A stretch of DNA of 19,938 nucleotides from Ginkgo biloba. Taxonomy: Eukaryota; Plantae; Ginkgophyta. The stretch is taken from contig JANKJI020000002.1 in assembly GCA_024626585.2 (NCBI GenBank), forward strand, positions 69,829,010 through 69,848,947, written 5' to 3'. The notes under the pieces are model-generated. The model was given only the letters and a program-made list of their open reading frames with translations, was not told where the DNA came from and searched no databases. The position numbers were made by a program, and so were the translations under genes. Below, in pieces: positions 10,739-19,938 of this stretch; position 1 is the first letter of the stretch; each line of letters begins with the position of its first letter.

Positions 10739-12239
10739 TAAAGAAGATGAGAAACGGGCGCTTTCAGCTTTCCACCTAGAAACAACAAATTTAAGCAGAT
10801 TCCGAGTCAGTTTTATGCCTGCAATATATCATCGCTGAATTGATGAAACCTCCAGCTATAGAAACCAGGGGCGACTTTTGACCGCAAAAAAGCTAAAAGA
10901 GACAATTCTGCTCTTAAGGAAAGCATAAAAAACAGCCATTTACTTGCAAGATAATTAAAAGGCTAATTTAAGACTTGTGATTAAATTGACGATATANNNN
11001 NNNNNNNNNNNNNNNNNNNNNNNNNNNNNNNNNNNNNNNNNNNNNNNNNNNNNNNNNNNNNNNNNNNNNNNNNNNNNNNNNNNGAGATCTAAAAGGCATC
11101 CTTGGAGACAACAATATACAGGTTTAAGATGTACGTTAAATAACCTAGAACTCCTGCAACCGTAACATAATATCTGGTTTAAGGCATAAAGTTGAATATT
11201 GTGCACTCTAACAAACCAAAACTTTCCAGAGAAACAACGGCTACAATCTAGGCAAAATATAGTAAAATAATCCAAGCGAGTCCAAAATCTGCAAATGACG
11301 AANNNNNNNNNNNNNNNNNNNCGTTACCAAGGATATTGAGTCTAAACGTCAAATTCAGAGAATTGAGACATGGGATGACAAATTAACAGAATTTCGTACT
11401 TAAGACGGGCGTTCAGGAAGTCAAGGCTAAGGATGCACGCAATTCAGAAAATCTGTCGAAAGCCGCGCATTTGTATAACAAACAAGTATTCATATAACTC
11501 ACAGCCGATCGAGGCTTCATATGATTTAAATGATAAATGAAAACGTTCCCTGATTAACCAAAAAATCTGAACATCAATTGCGCATAGGCAAAATTCACCA
11601 AAAGCCTACGAAAAATACTGCAAATCAGACCAAAAGAAAACAAGCATTTCACAATGAAAGATAACAAATCGTCAATCCTGCTACAATAAACGACAGAAAA
11701 TCGAATTCTTTTCTGAGTAGAACAAGAAATTAAAGACATAAAAGAAACTTGGTACCTTAATTGCAACCTAGGTCAAATCCATTGAAGGAACGAAAAAATT
11801 CTCGGCTGAGACAACGCAATTCAATACAAATAATTCACTGTAAGTTTTAAAACCAAAACCTCGCCGAATTACTTGTTTCCAAAGTTCTGAAGACGGCAAA
11901 TTTCACAACAGAGATTTCACACGGCCATTCAGAAGCAAAATAACGTGTCAAAAGCAAACATCCTAAAACGCCACATAATATCTTGGCTTATTGAATGAAA
12001 ACTTTTGAATTTAACAACGATACGGCATCCAGGTCTTCCGTTTTCTGTCAATCGAGGCTCAAAAACTACATAATTTCTTCGGTATTGAAAAAGGCAAATC
12101 CATACCAAACACTGACAGTCATTACCTTGACAGCATCGGGATTAGATCGATCTCTAAACCCTCTCCTGTGCACAATATCTGTTCGTATAGCAAAGATCAA
12201 GAAAAATTCAATACAGACACACCGAAGAATAAACTAAAG

Positions 12240-12480
12240 CTAACAAGAAATCTTTCTTTCGCTGAATGCCGGCACACTGTCCCGGCTGTATAAACCGACA
12301 CATTACGGCCGGGAAACCGCCGAAAGTGAGCCACTCGTATTCCATGTGATTAACCGCATTTTCTCCAAAATGGGCGCTTGCCCTGTTACAGTGGTCGAGC
12401 AGCGGCCCGTTCAGACAATAAAGCAAACCGCCACGTGTCTTCTCCCGACAATAACAATCAACATTACCGCGTCCTTTCCC
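12240..12480 (-). promoter_or_regulatory. Probable promoter region of the WAKL gene (G-box/ABRE, CCGACA motifs, TATA-like element)
   Basis: GC/CpG-rich patch with GCCACGTGTC at 12430-12439, CCGACA (TGTCGG / DRE core) at 12295-12300 and 12445-12450, and a TTTATA-like box near 12290 on the minus strand. Downstream are candidate donors (AAG|GTAATG ~12126, AAG|GTACC ~11756) and an acceptor at 10776, suggesting an intron-containing 5'UTR. Confidence 0.45.
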
Positions 12481-12514
12481 TTGGAGAAGATTAAGTCTTT
12501 CGTGGTGCGTTTCG

Positions 12515-12656
12515 TTTTTTTTTAATTAAAGTGGGTACTTAAATCCTGGCTTTGGCTTGGCGTCAAGTAGAACTTGAATATAGGAGTGTGTTGAGAATCG
12601 AACCCAGACTGGTATGTAAACAGCCACGCATCTACCGCTAGACCAGTTATATACAC
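12515..12656 (-). mobile_element. Candidate tRNA-derived SINE (or decayed tRNA-like pseudogene)
   Basis: Minus strand: A-box TGGTCTAGCGG (12645-12635), B-box GGTTCGATTCT (12604-12594) 30 nt later, ~70-nt unique tail, A9 run (12523-12515). Flanking near-repeats AAAAAACAAAA / AAAAAACGAAA. Confidence 0.6.
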
Positions 12657-12834
12657 TTTTGTTTTTTGTGTGGTGTTATTGTTATTGGTGTTTACATAAA
12701 GCTTTTTGTATTTATTTAAATGAAAGTTCACTATGTCATTTTATAGAGTAAGATTCGTTGGACTCNNNNNNNNNNNNNNNNNNNNNNNNNNNNNNNNNNN
12801 NNNNNNNNNNNNNNNNNNNNNNNNNNNNNNNNNN

Positions 12835-14470
12835 GTCCAATGTTGAATATAAGAAGGGATTGAGACTCCATAATATGTTAAGGTAGTTCACTTTCCCACT
12901 TGGGAGTTCTTGCATAGGGTTTGAAGTCGTTCGATGAATATTTCAATATTCTTTCTTTTTGAAGATGTGGGATAGTATGAATCCATGTGGTTATTCATAT
13001 GACTTACAATTTTTTTTTTTTTTTTTATCAATCATGTTCTACACTATAGGATATATTTATTAAGGTATATNNNNNNNNNNNNNNNNNNNNNNNNNNNNNN
13101 NNNNNNNNNNNNNNNNNNNNNNNNNNNNNNNNNNNNNNNNNNNNNNNNNNNNNNNNNNNNNNNNNNNNNNATTGGGGTAGAAGGACAAGTAGAGAAGGAG
13201 AGAGGAGAATGATCAATAGAGTGGGAGAAGAGGAAAGAAACCAAGAAAGAAGAGCAAGTTAATTCAGGAGGGAAATTTGGAGATGAGAATTTTATAGCAA
13301 GTAGATTGGAAAACGTGATACAATCTGTAGAATGTTCTTTAGAAAGAATTATTTATAATAGTATAATCATATGTATTGTATCTATAATTTACATTATGGC
13401 CTCTATTAATAGAAGAAATTTATTCTCTAGATGTATTATTCTATGTGTGTGCTCATTTGTATTTGTATGTACCCCTCTCTCTTGCTGTGATTTATATAGT
13501 AAATATAATTTTATATTCTTGGGTGTAGTGCTTACCCAAATTTTAGTGGGGTAATACCTAGTCACTACATCAAGTACTTCAATAATAAAGATCATAAAGA
13601 TAACTTATCCCATTTATGTAAGGTCTTCCTCAAATAACAAGTTGACCAAATGCTCTACAAAGATTCTAAATAATANNNNNNNNNNNNNNNNNNNNNNNNN
13701 NNNNNNNNNNCCTTAAGATGCCCTTATCTCCCCATAAATCCCTAAAATAATCTCCTAGTTAACCCATTATTTTAGAATTATCACATGGTCTCCCTTATAT
13801 ACTAGTGTAACTAATTATGATGTATATCTTAAAAGTAAACATAGTTATTCACATAAATCGAGGTGCATAACACAATAAATTATAAGAAAATAATATTATA
13901 TAACACAACTTAAAATTAGTGTGACTCCCCACTATCACTAAAATTTTCACATTAATTTATAAAAAAGAGTTTAGTCTAAAGGCCCATGGCCTAGTCCATA
14001 TTTGACTAAAGTAAATAGACCTAAGGTCAATGCTACTCCTAAAGTTAAAACATGTGATATAATTACATAAATTTAAGTAATATTAATATAATTATCCTTG
14101 TATTGATTAATCAAGGTAAATCCTTCCAACACTAGGAGTAATTTTCTATACCTTCCACATTAAAAGGGATATCACTCTATCTTATGCATATAACACACAT
14201 CCCTATCCCATGAATAGAGAAGGAAGATATTAAATCACTTAGAATAATTCATACCATATATAAGATCCTCCTAAAACCAAGTGATATAAGGACATACATG
14301 TAANNNNNNNNNNNNNNNNNNNNNNNNNNNNNNNNNNNNNNNNNNNNNNNNNNNNNNNNNNNNNNNNNNNNNNNNNNNNNNNNNNNNNNNNNNNNNNNNN
14401 NNNGCACAGCATGTTACAAGATGGTTGCTCCATAAGAGCAAAGAATGATGGTGTGTGACTAAATCTATGT
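12835..14470. mobile_element. Probable decayed LTR/retroelement fragments, unclassified
   Basis: Strong CpG depletion like the proven Gypsy relics, a purine-rich block at 13171-13290 and an LTR-end-like ggggtaatacctagtcactaca (~13549-13569). No protein motif recognised. Confidence 0.35.
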
Positions 14471-14819
14471 AGGGGCATCCATAGGATCTACATCGAATAC
14501 AATGGCAATATCTTTGAAATTGTCAATGTTTGATGGCTTTCTAGAGAGAGAAATATGCACATTTATAAATGTATTTGATAAGTAAAATTTATTATGTTAA
14601 ATATTCAAACCTACCAACTATGTATTCGATCATTCAATTCAATAAATATTTATATTTTGATGAACTCTTATATTCAATTCTCACAAAACTAGCCCTCTCA
14701 TAATGGCTATGCCCCAAAAGACCATTCAAGTGGCATCAAAACTGGTTCACTTACTTGATTTGTGTAAATATCTCATCTCAATCATCTACCATTTCTCTAA
14801 ATTTTTTTTTTATTTTGGG

Positions 14820-15240
14820 TGACTTGCGCTCTCGGCAGAAAACATAAAACAAAAAATTCAATTATAAATAAATTAAAAAACACTTGAACATCCACCGTTC
14901 CACCCGGTCGTCACTGTTCCGGCTTCTCGAACCCATCTGCTTCCATATTCCCTTTACCGTTTACCATCCAAGTGTCAGCTGGCCAGACGAGCCCTCAGAT
15001 TCCACACTTGCGACTCCGCGGTTATGGCACGTAAGTAAGAGGAGGCGATGCTGGTCTTCGTCCTGCGAAGGCAGACTCATTCCTCCATAAGTACCGCCAC
15101 TGTGTACTCGTCTCGACCCGGTCGCGACTGCGTTCATCTCGGGAGACATTGCAAGCACCGCCGCAGTCACAGATCGACACGTGTGAGATAAGGTGCGAAC
15201 GCCGGTTCAGAAAGACGGCAAAGTGGAAAAAGAAAACATA
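14820..15240. promoter_or_regulatory. Isolated CpG-rich island with G-box/ACGT motifs; candidate distal regulatory element or small transcription unit
   Basis: About 30 CpG in 14881-15240 by manual count, against 3 in 1-1350. GACACGTGTG at 15176-15185, GGCACGTA near 15026, imperfect hairpin 15018-15097. Confidence 0.45.
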
Positions 15241-16001
15241 AAGAAACAAATTTCTTAAGATATTATTTTAAAATAGGAATATACGTGTAATATTTTGAAT
15301 TTAACCCCCAAAAAAAAAAAAGTCTATGACTAAAAGTTTACTTAAAAAAAAAAGTCTATGATTAAAAAAATGGCATTGAGAGACCCTTGCCCCCCGACAA
15401 AGTAAAAAACAAAAACAAAAATTTAACGTAACATTAAATGGAGTCGTCGAAACATGGTAAAAAGAATGGAAATGTTGGTGGACGTTGGCGAAGGGATGTG
15501 AGAAATAAATACAAATCAAAATTGAAAGACTTTCAAGATGCTTATCCAGNNNNNNNNNNNNNNNNNNNNNNNNNNNNNNNNNNNNNNNNNNNNNNNNNNN
15601 NNNNNNNNNNNNNNNNNNNNNNNNNNNNNNNNNNNNNNNNNNNNNNNNNAGAGAAGGATTCTCTAAACCAAATGTGTGAAATGGATTCTCAAACCATAAA
15701 ATAAAAAGGATGGATTCCCCATATGCATCAAGAGATAATACTCTAGCTTTAAGGTTGAAATATTTTATCGATGGTATGAGGATGGCACCATGACAACAAT
15801 AGTGTTTCTAGATAACTTACTAGGGGACCATCTAACATGTAAGTCCTTTTAATCTCATCTAAGGGTGGATCACATTATAGAGGAAGTTATTGTTCTATTC
15901 TAAAAATCTTAAGCTTATTTTAGGACTTGATGTAAGCTATACCAAATAATACTTAAGGGGATCGAAAGACTTTTAAATTCAAATANNNNNNNNNNNNNNN
16001 N

Positions 16002-16924
16002 NNNNNNNNNNNNNNNNNNNNNNNNNNATGACTCTTGAAAGAGTGATGCATAAGAATGTTTAAATATTTTTGCACTTGATGTTTCCTTTTAGATCTTGAA
16101 TTAAAATGGGATTATCTCTTAAACTAAGTTGAATAAAAAAAATGTGTTTAGAGACAAAAGTGATTAGCATTAAAAAGTATATTGAATAAGTGAATCTTAT
16201 CCCATAATAAGAATTTTAACTTGTCCTTGATTTCTATGCTAACATATGTATAACTTGACATTTCTAATTGTAAAGGTTTTTGTTTACCTTCTAAGCAATT
16301 TTTTTTTTTCTTCTAGGATAAAGTTTGAGCATAATTTCTCAACATAAAAGAAATAAAATGTTTCCAAATTGTATGTTGTAGTTCATATGGCCGTAAACTT
16401 TCCAACTCGAATGTTTTTTACATTATGTGCACTTTTCCCTATTAAGGGTAGGTTAGAATTCAAACAAAAATACCCCAAATCAAAGAATTAAAAATGGCAT
16501 ACATAATTGGATGCACAAAAATGTGGATAAAATAATAACAAATTTCTTATAGCAATGTTAATGGAATGAACAATAAGTGTTCTCACAAATTCATAAGAGC
16601 CTTCATAATAATGCCCTCTCTTGAGAGGATTCTCTTCAAATGAAATGGAATTATTTGTAAGAAAAAATTATATGCCCATTTATGTGTTTTTATGGAGTTA
16701 GAAAACTATAAATAGTAAAAGATAATATAAGAAAAACTAACTAAATAAGCCATACAAAAAAAATATTTCTAGAAATAAATATTTAAAATGAATATTGACA
16801 AGATAAATACAGTTGTGATGTGTTCCATATTATCTCACTTTACAATTAAATAAGTATCGACCTATAGGGATAAGCCCATGGTGTGACAACCCCTCTAGGT
16901 GTTAATCTTCTTTTGGACATATCA
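16002..16924 (-). repeat. LTR-A, diverged copy of LTR-B; left end falls in the N gap 15986-16027
   Basis: Collinear shared blocks: atgactcttgaaagagtgatg (16028) ~ atgctccctgaaagaatgatg (17977); cataattggatgca (16502 / 18447); agccttcataata.tg.cctctcttgaga.gattctctt (~16598 / ~18556); aaataaatatttaa (16773 / 18648). Confidence 0.6.
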
Positions 16925-16926
16925 TA

Positions 16927-17945
16927 CCTCCCCTCTAAGGAATTGATAATCTCCGTTTCTTTTTTCCTCTAAATGAGTAAATACCTACAACTTCTTTAAA
17001 ATAATTGATCTTACTTGAGGTGGATGAAGAAATGATATCTACTTGTTTTATGTTATGTTTTAATTTGGCTATGGCGTAACATTAATTGATATATTTTTAT
17101 CCTTATCAACCCCAAAAAAATAATCCTTAGTAATTGTGTGTATCTCCNNNNNNNNNNGTTGTTTGTCCCTAATGTGAAGTAGTAGTGAAGGTATATAAGA
17201 TACATCCAATAATATTCTTCTTCTCAAGTGGTCTTGATCCAAATGAAAGGCTCCATAGCTTTTATTCTTCCAACACCAAATTATGCTCCATATACAAGTA
17301 AAGAACCTATTATCTTTGATTGTAAAGAAAAAACATAATATCCTATAGTGCACCAAAGCATATAAACAAATGCCATGCATCATATAGAAGATGGTTTTCA
17401 ATNNNNNNNNNNNNNNNNNNNTTATTTGGAGGTTCTAATGGTGGCTTCTAATGTAGATCTAGGTTATATGTTAATATATAATGCAGATTCTCTTGTCACG
17501 GATAGCTTAAAGGCTTCATATATCTTGAAGAAGATAATCTCCTTCATAAGAAAACATGTATACTTTAGGGGGTTGAGACTAACCCATAACCAATGGAGTG
17601 AAGTTTCCCTTCTATCATGGAGACAACCATATGTCTAAATTAGATAATATTGTTCGTAGACCCACTTAGAAATGAAACATATATAGTGGGCTTCATTGAT
17701 CCCAAAGGAACCATATATGAATAAGCCTCCTATTAATATGTGATGAGAATTTATAATGCATGATTAAACTTCTATTGTCGACTTGAGGTGTTAATAAACC
17801 CTTAAGGATGTACAAGTGATAGTATTGATGTTGTACCTCTATTTTTTCTAAGGATAATACCATGCTCGAATATCATTTGATGCAAAAAAATAATTAGGAA
17901 AGATCTTAATAATATAATACCAAGGGTCAAATGACTTTGATACCA
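16927..17945 (-). mobile_element. Short (~1 kb) internally deleted retroelement interior between a PBS and a PPT
   Basis: PBS at 17945-17935 and PPT AGAGGGGAGG at 16936-16927, followed by TA-TGATAT. Only weak integrase C-terminal-like words (LVHYRIL..IKDN) are visible; no gag or RT motifs were recognised. Confidence 0.5.
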
Positions 17946-17950
17946 ATTAA

Positions 17951-18808
17951 TGTATCAAAAGGTGGAGTGTCCCAAGATGCTCCCTGAAAGAATGATGTGA
18001 NNNNNNNNNNNNNNNNNNNNNNNNNNNNNNNNNNNNNNNNNNNNNNNNNNNNNNNNNNNNNNNNNNNNNNNNNNNNNNNNNNNNNNNNNNNNNNNNNNNN
18101 NNNNNNNNNNNNNNNNNNNNNNNNNNNNNNNNNNNNNNNNNNNNNNNNNNNNNNNNNNNNNNNNNNNNNNNNNNNNNNNNNNNNNNNNNNNNNNNNNNNN
18201 NNNNNNNNNNNNNNNNNNNNNNNNNNNNNNNNNNNNNNNNNNNNNNNNNNNNNNNNNNNNNNNNNNNNTTCAATAAAACATAAAAATTAAACTTTTTTTT
18301 TTTTTTGGAAATTTTATTCTAGTTTTTGTATGAACTAAAAAGTTTCACCCTAAAGTATTTTGACCTTTTGAGCACTTCTTCCTCCTAAATCTAAATCTAA
18401 ATCAAAATAGAAATATCCCAAATCAAAAGAGTAAAAAGGTCACATGCATAATTGGATGCATAAAAAATTATATAGAATAATAGCAAACNNNNNNNNNNNN
18501 NNNNNNNNNNNNNNNNNNNNNNNNNNNNNNNNNNNNNNNNNNAAAAAATATAAAAAGCCTTCATAATAGTGTCCTCTCTTGAGAAGATTCTCTTGGAATG
18601 GAATATGGAGCAACCCTGGGAATTAGCTCTCGAACAAAGATGAGAACAAATAAATATTTAATGAGATCAAATATATATTGAATGATAAATATTCAATAAT
18701 GTGTTAATTCATATAACAAAATGATAGGTGTACTATATTTGGGCGGTGTCCTTTGAAGTGACTATATTAATAGTTATGAATTAATAACTTATACTTAGGT
18801 ATGTTACA
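17951..18808 (-). repeat. LTR-B (~860 bp including gaps), preceded by a PPT and followed by a PBS
   Basis: Starts TGTAAC (18808) right after the PPT and ends GATACA (17951). TGGTATCAAAG (17945-17935), a tRNA-iMet PBS with one mismatch, follows 5 nt later. Homologous in blocks to ~16030-16830. Confidence 0.65.
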
Positions 18809-19938
18809 TTCCCTCCCTACTCAAGATGCTCTATCCTCGAAGAATTAATATTAGAGAATGGGGATTTCTTATAAAATTGCTTATGATTCCCAAGAAGTGT
18901 CTTCTAAGGATAAATATTACCACTTGATAGAAAACTCTCGAACTGTTTTAGGGCATAACTTTTTTTTTCACATCTTCTGGATAGATTCTAGAATTAATAC
19001 GATCTTTCCTTTCTCATCAAGAATGGAAATTCCTATTGGTACTATAACTTGTTCACCCACCTTTTTTTATAAGATACATGAAGTATATTGTGAATTCAAG
19101 ATGATAGCGATAAATCTAATGCATATAACATGTTTCCAATTCTACGTCTGATCCAAAATAGTGCATAAAAATAAGAACTGAGTTTTTTGTTACAGGATTT
19201 TTTTTAGCAATATTTACTTATATGGTTGGGGTCGTATAAGTAACTAGCCCCCAATTTAAAATTCTCACTCTATACGATGTTCATCAACTTGTTATTTTAT
19301 TCATACTTATGCACTGCCCAGGTGTTCTTTTAACAAACTGAATAATGCCATGCGATCCATGTAAATAATCCTCAACTACAAGTGCCTTGGATTCAAATTC
19401 TATTCAATCCTTAAGTTGAATCAGTTCATATCCACAGAGTACTTTGAAGGGTGACATCTACATGGAATGATGATGGGTATAATTATGCCATGCATGGGCT
19501 AGGTGAAACTAGTTAACCCATTTGTTTTATGTATCATTCACAAAATTACAAAGGTATCCTTTAAGATATATATTGGCTGCTTTTATTTTATCATCAGTTT
19601 GTGGATGGTAACTAATGTTCATGGTTAANNNNNNNNNNNNNNNAATTGGTGAAATGGCTCCTTCTAGAAGTTACCCATAAATTTTGGATCTCGGTCGTGA
19701 ACCAACTATTGTCTTTGAAATTCCATTTAATCTATGAATTTCTTTTATAAATATCACAGTAATTCTTGGCGCTTTAAAAATTGGTTGAATAGCAATAAAA
19801 TTGGTGTAATTGGTTAAATGATCCATTATGAAAAAAATGGCATCCTTCCCCTCTAATGTAGGAAGCCATGTTATAAATTATATACTAATATCCTACCATT
19901 TCTATTGTGGAGTAGGTAATGGTTGAAATAATCTCTAT
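18809..19938 (-). mobile_element. Decayed chromovirus-type Gypsy integrase with chromodomain and polypurine tract
   Basis: Minus strand, in order: MDHLTNYT (VDRLTKY-like), HDRDP, SYHPQTD, MSPFKVLCGY, RPQPYK, RRIGNMLYALDL, IHNILHVS, chromodomain IKW*YLSLEDTSWE, then PPT AGGGAGGGAA (18818-18809) abutting TGTAAC. Confidence 0.9.

Noticed and set aside
12585-12656. Functional tRNA gene
   Set aside because: The acceptor, anticodon and T stems do not pair into a proper cloverleaf; better explained as a SINE or pseudogene.
14884-15249. Three short ORFs in the CpG island as small proteins
   Set aside because: 68-75 aa, non-ATG starts, overlapping on both strands and no recognisable family; expected in GC-rich DNA.
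15313-15367. Repeat aaaaaaaaagtctatga(c/t)taaaa x2
   Set aside because: Simple poly-A-associated slippage duplication; two units only and not CRISPR-like.
17947-18290. ORFs spanning N runs (here and at other gaps)
   Set aside because: Artefacts of translating assembly gaps.

Overview
Land-plant nuclear DNA from a gappy assembly, with many N runs (several exactly 100 nt). The window holds one recognisable gene: a minus-strand WAKL14/WAKL21-type wall-associated receptor kinase-like gene with three coding exons (10649-9930, 9810-9733, 8640-7307). Its transmembrane-plus-kinase exon is intact, but as assembled the ectodomain exon has two opposite single-base frameshifts and an EGF Cys->Tyr change. 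The gene lies in a CpG-retaining island (~6065-12770) that also contains three uORFs just before the ATG (one ending in an ATGA stop/start overlap), a probable 5'UTR intron, a G-box promoter region and a candidate tRNA-derived SINE. The flanks are CpG-depleted, decayed Ty3/Gypsy sequence. On the left is a gag-PR-RT relic whose protease active site is split by a nested LTR element with a CTACC target-site duplication. On the right is a chromovirus integrase followed by PPT-LTR-PBS-short internal-PPT-LTR, i.e. an apparent tandem sharing one LTR. An orphan CpG-rich island with a long imperfect hairpin sits at ~14820-15240. I see no clear evidence of a wholly new biological system; the items below are candidates to test. 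All family assignments come from motif recognition by eye, not from database searches.
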